DNA from: Pyxidicoccus caerfyrddinensis
Lineage (GTDB): Bacteria > Myxococcota > Myxococcia > Myxococcales > Myxococcaceae
DNA length: 64,000 bases
NCBI RefSeq assembly: GCF_010894405.1
Contig: NZ_JAAIYA010000026.1
Span: forward strand, 111,494-175,493
Direction of reading: 5' to 3'
Shown: positions 25,914 to 36,466 of the stretch, one piece after another
Layout of the letters: each line of letters starts with the position of its first letter
How positions within the stretch are numbered: the first letter of the stretch is position 1
Made by a program: the position numbers and the translations under genes
The notes under the pieces: model-generated
What the model was told of the DNA's origin: nothing
Seen by the model: only the letters and a program-made list of their open reading frames with translations
Database searches by the model: none

Positions 25914-26690
25914 CGGCTTCCACCGGCGCACCTCGTAGGGCGCGGAGTGGTACGGGACGTCGCCCAAGGAGCGCTCCTCGGCGAGCCCGTGGAACGTGTG
26001 GAGGATGAGGTCCCCGGCGTCGAGCACGCCCATGGGCGCACGGTCCTCGGCGAGCACGGCCGTCTGGAAGCCGAAGTGGAGCACGTCTCCCGCGCGCACG
26101 GGCCCCGTCACCCGCCAGGTGAAGCGATGCAGCGCGGACGGCGCGACGTAGGGCATGGCCTCGCCCAGGCGCCGCCGCCCGTAGATGGTGAGCGCCACAC
26201 AGTCGGCGCCGAGCCGCGCATCCGTCTGGTGCCGGCCGTCCGGGAGGTGGCGGGGGAAGAGGACGAAGGGCACGCCAATGAGCTCGCTCGCGTAGCCGGC
26301 ATAGGAGTCATCGCGGCGGACCACCAGCTCCCATGCGGCGGCGAGGTCCGAGGCGCCGGGCGGAGCAGTGGGCGCCTCCGCTCGCGCGAGGAGGCGGTGG
26401 GTCCCCGGTGAGGCCAGCTCCGGGACGTCGCGCGCATCGAAGGCGGAGAGGCCGCGAAGCGCGGGCAACTCCCGCCAGGCGTAGACGATGGGGACCACAC
26501 ACCGTTGCCCGCAGCTGGTGTTGTCGTAGTCGAGCGGCAGCGGCGCAAGGAGGTACCAGCGAGGGGAGGGAATGCTCCGCTCCGTCATGGGCAGCGACTC
26601 ACCCACCCGGGCGAAGCGCGTGCGGGGTGGAGCCTCCGCAATGGCGGCTCCGGACCCCAGCAGCGCCAGGAGGGGCAGGAGTGGCGCCAT
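25896..26690 (-). CDS. Secreted NlpC/P60-like (papain-fold) putative cell-wall peptidase
   Basis: Signal peptide MAPLLPLLALLGSGAAIAEA from the ATG at 26690. An alternative start at 26795 forms an ATGA overlap with the upstream stop. NlpC/P60-like pattern: IGVPFVLF...GADCVALTIYGRRRLGEAMPY...AGDVLHFGFQTAVL...GDLILHTFHG. Confidence 0.55.
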   Translation of the reverse strand: MAPLLPLLALLGSGAAIAEAPPRTRFARVGESLPMTERSIPSPRWYLLAPLPLDYDNTSCGQRCVVPIVYAWRELPALRGLSAFDARDVPELASPGTHRLLARAEAPTAPPGASDLAAAWELVVRRDDSYAGYASELIGVPFVLFPRHLPDGRHQTDARLGADCVALTIYGRRRLGEAMPYVAPSALHRFTWRVTGPVRAGDVLHFGFQTAVLAEDRAPMGVLDAGDLILHTFHGLAEERSLGDVPYHSAPYEVRRWKPSGPGR

Positions 26691-26791
26691 GCGCAGGCGC
26701 CGTCCCGGCCGCGGGGGCGACAGTGGCCTTACCGTGGAGGCCTGGAAGCGCGGCGGTGCCGCGTCGACCGGAAAGGGCGCGAGGCGGACGC

Positions 26792-28141
26792 TCATCCGCA
26801 GTTGTAGAGGGGCACCAGCTCGGTGACGCAGGTGTCCGGGTAGCGGGTGCCGGGGGCCACCTCGACGAATGTCAGCCGCAGGCAGAGGTCTCCAGAGGGC
26901 TGGGGCAGCGTGTCCCGTCTGGAGCCTGGTGTCCGGGTGGCCGCGACATCCTCCTTGCCGGACTCGGAGATGACATGTGCCTCGGCGTCGGGGCGGTCCG
27001 CGAGCGCCAGGTCGACCTCCACGAAGTCCTCCGGGGCCGCGCAGGTGGCCACCCGTACGCGGCGGGGCCGCCCGTTCTCCCCGTAGGTCTTCGCGCTTCG
27101 CGTGTACCCCGCGACGAGCCCCACGCCCTCGAAGTGACAGGGGAACATGGGTGGCGTCGCGGGAGGGCCCGCACGGACCTCCAGCCACTCACCCGCGCCG
27201 TCACCCTTGCTCCCCTCGCACCACGCGGTGTCCGCCCTGCCATCCAGGACATGGGCCGGGGCATAGCGGCCGCCGGCCAGCGTGCTCGACGCGGTGACGG
27301 AGAGCGGCAGCTTCAGCGGATTGAAGCGCGCGCGCTCCACGGTGAGCTGCCTGTGCCGCGCGAAGGCCTCCTTGTTGAACCGGACCGAGAGGAACGGAAG
27401 CTGGTCCAGGTCCACCTTCTCGAAGTGCCAGCGTGCTCGCGCCGCTTCCGGTTTCGCACCCGCCGGGCCGAATATTTCGGCACGTCCCGCGTACGGACCG
27501 AAGTCCACGGTGACGTCCACGCGCTCGGCCTGGCCCTTCCACCAGCCGGCGGGGAACAGGGGGTAGCGCAGCCACCGCCCGTCCACATGCGGCAGCGCCG
27601 CCTTCGACGTCTCCACATCCTGGAACAGCAGCTCGCCGCTGTACTCGAGCCGCAGGGGAACCGCCTTGCCGCTCGGAATGGTCAGCTCCGCGACGCACCA
27701 GCCATCCACGTCGAGCGGCTGGAGGAGGACCTGCGCGAAGGGAAGCGGCTGCACGTTGTCGCGAGGGTCCTCGATGCGCGCCTGGGTGCGCACCACCTTG
27801 CACGGCACCCTCCGTCCCGCGAGGGAGATGCGGATGCTGCCGGCCGTGACGTCGAGCTTCTGGCCCTCGTCGTCGACAGCGAACAGCGGCACGCCGTAGG
27901 AGGCCTTCACCTTCGCACCCTCGTTCGCGAGCACGTAGTCCGCGCGGACGCGGTAGCGCTCCAGGCCCGTCACGGTGATGGAGAGGTCCTCGGAGACGAG
28001 CCGGACCGGGAGGTCCGTGCGGGGCTGCAGGTTGCCGGTGGCGGTGGGCCCCGACCACGCCACGGGGCCGCCGTTGGGCCATGCACGGCCCGCCCCGAGC
28101 AGTGCGAACACGAAGACTGGAAGCAGGAGGGCGCGGAGCAT
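26792..28141 (-). CDS. Secreted protein with a C-terminal discoidin / galactose-binding-like domain
   Basis: Signal peptide MLRALLLPVFVFALLGAGRAWP. The C-terminal region VTASSTLAGGRYAPAHVLDGRADTAWCEGSKGDGAGEWLEV...GYTRSAKTYGENGRPRRVRV matches the F5/8-type-C / NedA-like pattern. Confidence 0.7.
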   Translation of the reverse strand: MLRALLLPVFVFALLGAGRAWPNGGPVAWSGPTATGNLQPRTDLPVRLVSEDLSITVTGLERYRVRADYVLANEGAKVKASYGVPLFAVDDEGQKLDVTAGSIRISLAGRRVPCKVVRTQARIEDPRDNVQPLPFAQVLLQPLDVDGWCVAELTIPSGKAVPLRLEYSGELLFQDVETSKAALPHVDGRWLRYPLFPAGWWKGQAERVDVTVDFGPYAGRAEIFGPAGAKPEAARARWHFEKVDLDQLPFLSVRFNKEAFARHRQLTVERARFNPLKLPLSVTASSTLAGGRYAPAHVLDGRADTAWCEGSKGDGAGEWLEVRAGPPATPPMFPCHFEGVGLVAGYTRSAKTYGENGRPRRVRVATCAAPEDFVEVDLALADRPDAEAHVISESGKEDVAATRTPGSRRDTLPQPSGDLCLRLTFVEVAPGTRYPDTCVTELVPLYNCG

Positions 28142-28207
28142 GTCACCTCCGGTTCTAGGCGGGCACTCGGGCCCGTGTCGATTGCCCGCCCATGCGATGT
28201 CCGGTGT

Positions 28208-28729
28208 TCAGCGCGTGGCGGGGCGGGCCTCGGTGATGCCCTCGGCCATCAGGTCCTCACGCAGCTTCGTGAGAACCTTGCCGAGCAGATTCAGTCCGCG
28301 CCACTTCGACGGGTCCTGGATGCGCGGGTCCTCCGCGCCCAGGCCCACGCCCCAGATGCGGTCCAGGGGACTGGCCTCCACCAGCTCCGTGCCCTTCGTG
28401 GCCAGCAGCGCCTTCAGCAGCTCCGCGCTCTGGGTGAACTTCGCGCGATTGCCCTCGTAGACGATGCGCTCCCGCTCGCGCTCCCACACGGCGGCGTCGA
28501 AGTCGCGCACCTTGCGGCCCAGCGCCTTGTGCGTCTTCGGAGAGGCGGACTTCAGGATGCTCGCCAGCACCTCCGCGTCCCCGAAGAGGCGTGCCTTGCC
28601 CGCCATCATGTACTGCTCCGCGCACATGTAGCGCACGCCCTCCACCACGAAGTCGGACCGGTGCCACTGGGAGAAGGGGGACTCCTCGCGCCAGAAGAAG
28701 GTGAACCTGCGCTGCTCGGCTCCGTCCAT
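28208..28729 (-). CDS. NADAR (YbiA/DUF1768) family protein
   Basis: From internal ATG 28729: MDGAEQRRFTFFWREESPFSQWHRSDFVVEGVRYMCAEQYMMAGKARLFGD...LVEASPLDRIWGVGL, the typical NADAR/YbiA signature. Confidence 0.85.
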   Translation of the reverse strand: MDGAEQRRFTFFWREESPFSQWHRSDFVVEGVRYMCAEQYMMAGKARLFGDAEVLASILKSASPKTHKALGRKVRDFDAAVWERERERIVYEGNRAKFTQSAELLKALLATKGTELVEASPLDRIWGVGLGAEDPRIQDPSKWRGLNLLGKVLTKLREDLMAEGITEARPATR

Positions 28730-28812
28730 GTCTCGTGCCTCCTGCTTGGTGTGGAGAATACACCAACGTTCCACGCGCGCGAGCCTGACACGGGCACTAC
28801 ACTGCCGGCACG

Positions 28813-29538
28813 ATGAAGCTCTCCGACGCCCAGGCCCTGCTGGAACGCTGCTTCGGCGGCGTGAGGGAGGGCGCGCCCCGCCTCCGCGAGCCCGACGACG
28901 CGCGCTTCGCGCTCCGCCCGAGCGCCGTCTGGCTGGAGTACCGCTGGTACGCGCAAGAGCGCGGCCTTGCCGAGGTGTTCCTCAAGTGGGGCCGCGTCCC
29001 GGCCGAGCAGTCCGCCGGGGCGGAGGCGACGGTGCTGCGCATCCACCTGCTCGGCGCGTCGCCGGAGTTGTCCGTGAGGGCGCATCGGATACTTGAAGGG
29101 GGGACGCCCTCGCGCGAGCGCATCCTCGACCTCTTTGGCGACGACGGCGTGCGCCGCGAGTGTGTCGCCTTCGGCCGGACGAGCGCCACCGTGGAGCAGT
29201 GGGAGTTGCCCGGCCCGAGCCCGCTGCTGGAGGACGCGCGCTTCGAGGCGCTCACCTCGACGCTGGAGGACGCGGACTCCACGAACGAGGAGCGCCACGA
29301 GGCCGTGCAGCGACTCGCCGCCGAGCGCAGCCCGCGCGTGGCGGAGGCGCTCGTCGCGCTGGTGACGCGCCGGCCCTCGCTGATGGCGCTGCGCATCCTG
29401 TCGGAGTGGGGCGAGGTCCGTGCCCGCCCCGCGCTCCAGCGTGACCTGGCCGCGGTGCGCCCGGACAATCCCGCAGACCTGTGGGCCCTCACCGCACTGG
29501 ACCGCCGGCTGGAGGCCTGGCAGTCGCTGGTGACGTGA
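28813..29538 (+). CDS. Hypothetical protein with a HEAT-like C-terminal repeat
   Basis: 241-aa ORF with good codon bias. The C-terminus EERHEAVQRLAAERSPRVAEALVALVTRRPSLMALRILSEWGEVRARPAL resembles HEAT/PBS-lyase repeats. Confidence 0.6.
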   Translation: MKLSDAQALLERCFGGVREGAPRLREPDDARFALRPSAVWLEYRWYAQERGLAEVFLKWGRVPAEQSAGAEATVLRIHLLGASPELSVRAHRILEGGTPSRERILDLFGDDGVRRECVAFGRTSATVEQWELPGPSPLLEDARFEALTSTLEDADSTNEERHEAVQRLAAERSPRVAEALVALVTRRPSLMALRILSEWGEVRARPALQRDLAAVRPDNPADLWALTALDRRLEAWQSLVT

Positions 29539-29548
29539 GTCCACGGCT

Positions 29549-30892
<1,344 letters not shown>

Positions 30893-30972
30893 CCCACGAA
30901 TCAAACACGGAAACCGCATGATTTGAATCGTGGCCGGGAAACACCGCTCCAGCAGTTCCGGACACTTGGCCC

Positions 30973-30988
30973 TGGCAGGGGGCGTGCA
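30973..30988 (+). promoter_or_regulatory. Candidate sigma-54 (-24/-12) promoter for the flotillin-like gene
   Basis: TGGCAGGGGGCGTGCA compared with consensus TGGCACG-N4-TTGCW. GG and GC are separated by exactly 10 nt. It lies ~50 nt upstream of the ATG at 31038 and next to the divergent EBP gene. Confidence 0.4.
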
Positions 30989-31037
30989 GTGGAGGGGGGC
31001 ACTCCCGCACTCCCGCGGGCGGCAGGAGAAGGGCCTC

Positions 31038-32963
31038 ATGGAATACATCGTGGTTCTGGCCGTGGTCGGGTTGCTGCTGGGCGTTGGCGCGGTCTACGTG
31101 TTCAGCGGCCTGCAGGTCATCGGCGAGGACGAGTCGGGGCTGGTCATCAAGAAGTACGGCGCGCCGCTGCCGCCCGGACGGCTGGTCGCGCTGGAGGGCG
31201 AAGCCGGCTACCAGGCGGAGATGCTCCCGCCGGGTTGGCACTTCGGCTACCCGTTCTGGCGCTTCAAGGTGACGCGCGTCCCGGTGGTGGTGGTGCGCCA
31301 GGGGCACATCGCGCTCGTCGTCGCCAACGGCGGCGCGCCCATCCCGCCCGGGAACATCCTCGGCTGCGAGGTGGCCTGCGACAACTACCAGGATGCGCGC
31401 GCGTTCCTCGACGGCGGTGGGCAGAAGGGCCGTCAGCTCGCCTTCCTCACCGCGGGCACGTACCGCATCAACCCCTCGCTGTTCAACGTCATCACGCCGG
31501 AGAACGCCGAGGCCTTCGACATGTCCGAGGAGGACCTCGAAATCTTCAGCGTAGGCCCCGACAAGGTGGGCATCGTGACGACGCTGGATGGCCGCCCCAT
31601 TCCCGCCGGGGACCTCGCCGGCTCGCCGGTGGAAGGGCATGACTCGTTCCAGAGCGCCCAGCGCTTCCTCGACGCGGGCGGCTGCCGCGGCCTCCAGGAG
31701 CAGGTGTTGCTGTCGGGCTCGTGGAACCTCAACCCGTGGTTCGTGAAGGTGGAGCAGATTCCCATGACGGAGGTGCCCATCGGCTACGTGGGCGTCGTCG
31801 TCAGCTACGTGGGCCGCGAGCACCTGGACGTGTCCGGGGACGAGTTCACCCATGGCGACCTCGTGGAGCGCGGGCGCAAGGGCGTGTGGATCGAGCCGCT
31901 GCTGCCCGGCAAGCACCCGCTCAACACGCGGGTGATGAAGGTGGAGCTGGTGCCCACGACGAACATCGTCCTCAACTGGGCGCAGCGCACGGAGCAGCAC
32001 AAGTACGACGAGAAGCTCAGCCCCATCACGGTGCGCTCGCGCGACGGCTTCAGCTTCACGCTCGACGTGTCGCAGATCATCCACATCAGCATGAAGCAGG
32101 CGCCGCGCGTGATTTCGCGCGTGGGCTCCATGCAGAACCTGGTCGACCACGTCCTGCAGCCCACGGTGGCCAACTACTTCCGGAACTCCGCGCAGCAGGT
32201 GTCGGTCCTCGAGTTCCTCTCCGCGCGCACCGAGCGCCAGCGCGAGGCGTACGAGGCCATCCACGGCGCGCTGGGGGCATACGACGTGGAGTGCATCGAC
32301 ACGCTCATCGGTGACATCCAGCCGCCCGGCGAGCTGATGAAGACGCAGACGGACCGGAAGATTGCCGAGGAGCTCCAGGTGACGTTCGAGGTGCAGCGCG
32401 AGGCCCAGGTCCGACGCCGTGAGCTGGAGCGCGCGACGGCGGTGGCGAACATGCAGGGCGAGGTGGTGCGCAGCGAGCAGATGGTCGCCATCAGCGAGAA
32501 GGGTGCCCTCGCGGCGGCGGAGACGGCCAAGGGCGAGGCCGCCCGTACGCGGCTGCACGCGGACGCGGAGGCGCACGGCTTGAGGCAGCGCGCGGATGCG
32601 GAGGCGCATGGCATGCGGCAGCGCGCGGAGGCCGAGGCCGAGTCGAAGCGGCTGCACGGCAGCGCGGAGGCGGACGCGACGCGGCTCGTCGGTGATGCGA
32701 AGGCGGAGGCGTATCGCACCGGTGTGGCGGCGCTCGGCGCCCAGGCGTTCACCGCGGTGCAGCTGGCCACGGTGCTGGCGCAGCATGGGGTGAAGCTGGT
32801 GCCGGAAATCGCGCTCGGTCAGGACGGCGGCGGGGGAGGGCAGGGACTGCTCGGCGCGCTGATGGCGCGGGTGCTCCAGAACGGGGCGGCGCCCCAGGTG
32901 CTGCAGCGCCCCACGAAGCCGCAGGGTGGCAACGGCGTGGAGAACGGCCGCAAGGAGGCCTGA
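31038..32963 (+). CDS. SPFH/band-7 flotillin-like membrane protein
   Basis: The internal ATG with GGAGAAG upstream gives an N-terminal TM segment, MEYIVVLAVVGLLLGVGAVYVF. A long SPFH-like region follows, then an Ala/Glu-rich coiled coil with short repeats (HADAEAHGLRQRADAEAHGMRQRAEAEAESKRLHGSAEADA). Confidence 0.85.
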   Translation: MEYIVVLAVVGLLLGVGAVYVFSGLQVIGEDESGLVIKKYGAPLPPGRLVALEGEAGYQAEMLPPGWHFGYPFWRFKVTRVPVVVVRQGHIALVVANGGAPIPPGNILGCEVACDNYQDARAFLDGGGQKGRQLAFLTAGTYRINPSLFNVITPENAEAFDMSEEDLEIFSVGPDKVGIVTTLDGRPIPAGDLAGSPVEGHDSFQSAQRFLDAGGCRGLQEQVLLSGSWNLNPWFVKVEQIPMTEVPIGYVGVVVSYVGREHLDVSGDEFTHGDLVERGRKGVWIEPLLPGKHPLNTRVMKVELVPTTNIVLNWAQRTEQHKYDEKLSPITVRSRDGFSFTLDVSQIIHISMKQAPRVISRVGSMQNLVDHVLQPTVANYFRNSAQQVSVLEFLSARTERQREAYEAIHGALGAYDVECIDTLIGDIQPPGELMKTQTDRKIAEELQVTFEVQREAQVRRRELERATAVANMQGEVVRSEQMVAISEKGALAAAETAKGEAARTRLHADAEAHGLRQRADAEAHGMRQRAEAEAESKRLHGSAEADATRLVGDAKAEAYRTGVAALGAQAFTAVQLATVLAQHGVKLVPEIALGQDGGGGGQGLLGALMARVLQNGAAPQVLQRPTKPQGGNGVENGRKEA

Positions 32964-33178
32964 TTCAGGTCGCGGGAGCTCGCATGGAATCAGCGGGACG
33001 CGCCTCGTCCGGCCGCGGGCAGGCGCGGAAGGAACGTTCATTCCGCGAGTCCTCCTTCCGAAGGGGAGGCGGTTCCCGCGAATCGCATGACGTCGCGGAT
33101 GTGAAAGCCCTGCACCTCCGTGCTTCTCGCGGAGGTGCGCGGCCATTCGTTAGGCCCGGTTTGATTTCTGGAGGTCGG

Positions 33179-33973
33179 GTGGTCGAGGCGGCAAGGTTGG
33201 AACTCCTGCAAGCGCTCCGGGCGCTCCCTCGTGGCGCGGGGCCCGAGGCGCTGCGCCTCACTGCCGCGCTGTTCGAAGCCGCGGTCGACGCGGACGATGA
33301 CGTCGACCCACGCTTCCGGGATGAGCTCATTCGCGTCCTCGGCCCGGTGATGGCCGAGGACACTCCCGTGACAGTCGAGGACGCGGCGGCGTACGTGACG
33401 GGAGTGGACGCGGAGGTCCTCGTCGCCATGTTGCCCCGGTTGCGCGCTGCGCTCGCGGAGGTGCGCGGGCTGAAGGCGTGCCTTGCGCGCGAGGCGGTCG
33501 AGCTGCTGTCGCGTGTGGAGACGCTGCTCCATGACGCTCCGGCCACGCATACCCGACGTGCGCTGGAGGTCGCGGTGAACGCCCTGCGCGCACGTCTCGC
33601 GGCCGAGTTGTCGCGGCTCCACGCCCCGGTCACCGTCCTGCCCGAGGATGCGCTCCCCGTCGCGCGCTGGATGCTCGGAGACGGGCCTCCGCCCAGGGGC
33701 GCAGCCGTGCTGGAGTTCGCTCGTGGCCTGGACGACTTCTGCCGGCGTGCACCGCTGTCTCCAGCAACTCTGGATGCGCTCCGGGCACTCGCACGCAGAG
33801 CGGACGCGGAGCGTGACACGCCGGGCTGGCCGCTGCTGGTGGAGCGGCTGCGCACGGTCCGCCCCCGGCTGCTGCCCCGCAGGCCGCTGTCGCCGTTCTA
33901 CCGGTCCCTGGCCGGAATCCAGGCACGCACACCGGATGCACCCGCCTCCCTCGAAGCGCTCCTGCGCGAGTAG
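33179..33973 (+). CDS. Hypothetical protein (Ala/Arg/Leu-rich, helical)
   Basis: In frame with track ORF 32984..33973. I place the start at GTG 33179, preceded by GGAGG (33170-33174), because 32984-33170 looks non-coding (lower GC). Third-position G/C bias is good downstream. The start is uncertain. Confidence 0.5.
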   Translation: MVEAARLELLQALRALPRGAGPEALRLTAALFEAAVDADDDVDPRFRDELIRVLGPVMAEDTPVTVEDAAAYVTGVDAEVLVAMLPRLRAALAEVRGLKACLAREAVELLSRVETLLHDAPATHTRRALEVAVNALRARLAAELSRLHAPVTVLPEDALPVARWMLGDGPPPRGAAVLEFARGLDDFCRRAPLSPATLDALRALARRADAERDTPGWPLLVERLRTVRPRLLPRRPLSPFYRSLAGIQARTPDAPASLEALLRE

Positions 33974-34064
33974 GCGACAGGACAGCGCACCCCTTCTGGC
34001 TTGGCATTCCAGCTCCGCGCGGCACACTTGCGGCACATCCAGGCCGAGACCCGAGGAGCCCCAC

Positions 34065-35249
34065 ATGAGCATCGACGTCACCCGCGCCCGCGCCGAGACA
34101 CCGGGGACCGCCCACGTCGCACACTTCAACAACGCCGGTGCGAGCCTGCCGCCCCAGCCGGTGCTCGACACGGTGATGGCGCACCTCCAACTGGAAGCCC
34201 GCATCGGCGGCTACGAGGCCGAGGACGCGGCCCGCGACAGGCTGGAGCGCGTCTATGACTCCATCGCCGCGCTGCTGCACGCGTCGCGCGAGGAGGTCGC
34301 CGTCGTCGAGAACGCCACCGTCGCCTGGGACATGGCCTTCTATGGCCTCGCCCAGGACTTCCGCCCCGGGGACCGCATCCTCACCGGCGTCGCCGAGTAC
34401 GCCGCGAACTACGTCGCCTACCTCCAGGTCGCCCGCCGCACGGGAGCCGTCGTGGAGGTCGTCCCGAACGACGCGCATGGCCAGCTGTCCATCTCCGCGC
34501 TGGAGTCGATGATGGACGCCCGCGTCCGGCTCATCTCCGTCACCCACATCCCGACCAACGGGGGCCTGGTGAATCCGGCGGCCGCCATCGGCCGCATCGC
34601 CAGGTTGGCCGGCGTGCCCTTCCTGCTCGATGCCTGCCAGACGGCCGGGCAGTTGCCCATCGACGTCGAGGCGCTCGGCTGCGACCTCCTGTCCGCGACG
34701 GGCCGCAAGTTCCTCCGCGCCCCGCGCGGCACGGGCTTCCTCTACGTCCGCAAGGCGCTGCTCGAGCGGCTCGAACCTCCCATGCTCGACCACCACGCGG
34801 CGCCCTGGACATCCGCGGACGGCTACACGCTGCGCCCGGACGCGCGGCGCTTCGAGAGCTGGGAGAGCAACATCGCCGGGAAGCTCGGCCTCGGCGTCGC
34901 CGTCGACTACGCGCTCGGCTGGGGTGTGGAGGCCATCTGGGAGCGCATCCGCCACCTCGCGGAGCGTCTGCGCGTCCGGCTCGCCGACGTCCCCGGCGTC
35001 ATCGTGCGCGACGTGGGCCAGGTGAAGTGCGGCATCGTCACCTTCACCGTCGAAGGCCAGGCGCCCGATGTCGTCCGGCAGCGGCTGCTCGCCCAGGGCA
35101 TCAACGTGTCGGTGACGCGGCGCCCGTCCACGCGGCTCGACATGGAGGCGCGCGGGCTGGGCGAGATGCTCCGCGCCTCGGTGCACTACTACAACACGGA
35201 GGAGGAGCTGGAGCGGCTCGTCGGCGCGGTGGCTCAGCCCTCGTCGTGA
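34065..35249 (+). CDS. Class V aminotransferase / cysteine-desulfurase-like PLP enzyme
   Basis: ATG 34065 with GAGGAG upstream. MSIDVTRARAETPGTAHVAHFNNAGASLPPQPV..., with the PLP-lysine region SATGRKFLRAPRGTGFLYV typical of class V aminotransferases. Confidence 0.85.
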   Translation: MSIDVTRARAETPGTAHVAHFNNAGASLPPQPVLDTVMAHLQLEARIGGYEAEDAARDRLERVYDSIAALLHASREEVAVVENATVAWDMAFYGLAQDFRPGDRILTGVAEYAANYVAYLQVARRTGAVVEVVPNDAHGQLSISALESMMDARVRLISVTHIPTNGGLVNPAAAIGRIARLAGVPFLLDACQTAGQLPIDVEALGCDLLSATGRKFLRAPRGTGFLYVRKALLERLEPPMLDHHAAPWTSADGYTLRPDARRFESWESNIAGKLGLGVAVDYALGWGVEAIWERIRHLAERLRVRLADVPGVIVRDVGQVKCGIVTFTVEGQAPDVVRQRLLAQGINVSVTRRPSTRLDMEARGLGEMLRASVHYYNTEEELERLVGAVAQPSS

Positions 35250-35893
35250 ATGAACTTGTACTGACCGCCCTTCACCCGCTCACGCCACACCGACTTGACG
35301 GTGGGCACGTCCACCAGCCGGTAGCCCTGCTGGAGGAGCTGGAAGGACTGGTAGATGTCGGAACTCCAGTGCGCGAACTCGCCGTCGGGGTACGGGTACT
35401 TCGCCAGCACCTCGGTCCTCCCGGCGAAGAGGCCCCCCTGGATGTGGAGGCGCGGCAGTGACTCCGGGAAGCCGAGCTTGGACGGAGGCCCGCTCGCGTA
35501 GTGGGAGCCGGTGAGGGCCACCTTGCCGCTCGCGTCGTTCACCATCGGCTCGAGCATGTCCCACAGCCACGTCGGGTCCAGCATGCGGCCGTGGTTGGCG
35601 CAGACGTAGACCAGGAACGGGTGTGCCGCGGCCTTCACGGCCAGGTTGATCGCCGGGCCGTAGTAGAGATTGCGTCCCTCGCTCCAGATGTACTTCGCGG
35701 GGAAGGTGCCGTTGTCGCGCACCGCCTCGGCCAGCCGGGGCTGTGGCTTCTCGCTGTTGTCGACGACGATGAGCTCCGCATCGAGGACGCCGCGGTACAG
35801 GAGGAGCGACGGCATGAGGTCGCGCAGCAGGCGCGTCAGGGCCAACTCCTCGTTGTGGTACGCGACCATCACCGCCGTGACGCCGACCTTCAC
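35234..35893 (-). CDS. Glycosyltransferase family 2-like protein
   Basis: The GTG start overlaps the upstream stop (GTGA). VTAVMVAYHNEELALTRLLRDL...AELIVVDNSEKP resembles the GT-A N-terminal fold. It is the last gene of the gmd operon and overlaps the convergent aminotransferase 3' end by 16 nt. Confidence 0.6.
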   Translation of the reverse strand: MKVGVTAVMVAYHNEELALTRLLRDLMPSLLLYRGVLDAELIVVDNSEKPQPRLAEAVRDNGTFPAKYIWSEGRNLYYGPAINLAVKAAAHPFLVYVCANHGRMLDPTWLWDMLEPMVNDASGKVALTGSHYASGPPSKLGFPESLPRLHIQGGLFAGRTEVLAKYPYPDGEFAHWSSDIYQSFQLLQQGYRLVDVPTVKSVWRERVKGGQYKFIHDEG

Positions 35894-36417
35894 GTCCCGG
35901 GTCCCAGCTTCACGGCGAGGGCGTAGATGTCCCCCGGCGTGGTGGCCGTATCAATCATCGCGAAGCCGAAGGGCTTCAGCCACTGCTGGAGCTGCTCGCG
36001 GTTGACGTTGCGGTAGTACTCGCCGGGCCGCAGCCCCTGCCCATCCACCGCCGAGTGCGGCGCGCGCCCGACTCCCGCGGCGGTGAGGATGAGCACCCCG
36101 CCGACTTCGAGCATGGCCAGCGCGTTGTGGCAGATGCGCTCGGCTTCCGGCGTGTGCTCCAGCGTCTCGGTGCACACGACGGTGTCGAACTGGCGGAAGG
36201 GCTCCGGGCGCCAGGTGGCGGCGTCCCCGATGAAGTCCACGTTCTCACCGGGGGCGATGTCCACGCCGACGTACTCGGAGCCGGGGAACAGTGGCCGGAT
36301 GGAGCCGGAGTAGGGCCAGTTGCCCGCCACCGTCCGGCTGCCAAGCTCCAGGACCTGCTTGCGTGGCTCGAGCTGCATGACAGCGCGAGCCACGAACTTG
36401 TAGGCGCCTTCGTGCAT
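35890..36417 (-). CDS. Class I SAM-dependent methyltransferase
   Basis: Motif I-like VLELGSR, then YVGVDIAPGENVD and DTVVCTETLEHTPEAERICHNALAMLEVGGVLILT. Confidence 0.75.
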   Translation of the reverse strand: MHEGAYKFVARAVMQLEPRKQVLELGSRTVAGNWPYSGSIRPLFPGSEYVGVDIAPGENVDFIGDAATWRPEPFRQFDTVVCTETLEHTPEAERICHNALAMLEVGGVLILTAAGVGRAPHSAVDGQGLRPGEYYRNVNREQLQQWLKPFGFAMIDTATTPGDIYALAVKLGPGT

Positions 36418-36466
36418 CCCCCAGGAATATCAGAAGGGGCTGCGCGCTGACGACCCGGCCCCCGTT

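Noticed and set aside
25896-27188. Full 430-aa extent of the track ORF for the NlpC/P60-like gene
   Set aside because: The first ~130-166 codons overlap the upstream discoidin-domain gene and translate to Arg/Gly-rich sequence. A signal peptide begins at the internal Met (26690).
26333-28816. 827-aa plus-strand ORF
   Set aside because: It is antisense to three well-supported minus-strand genes (NlpC/P60-like, discoidin-domain, NADAR), and its translation is Arg/Gly-rich and low-complexity.
28208-29538. NADAR plus neighbour as a DarT-NADAR-type toxin-antitoxin pair
   Set aside because: The neighbour is divergently transcribed and shows no ADP-ribosyltransferase-like motifs. It looks HEAT-repeat-like.
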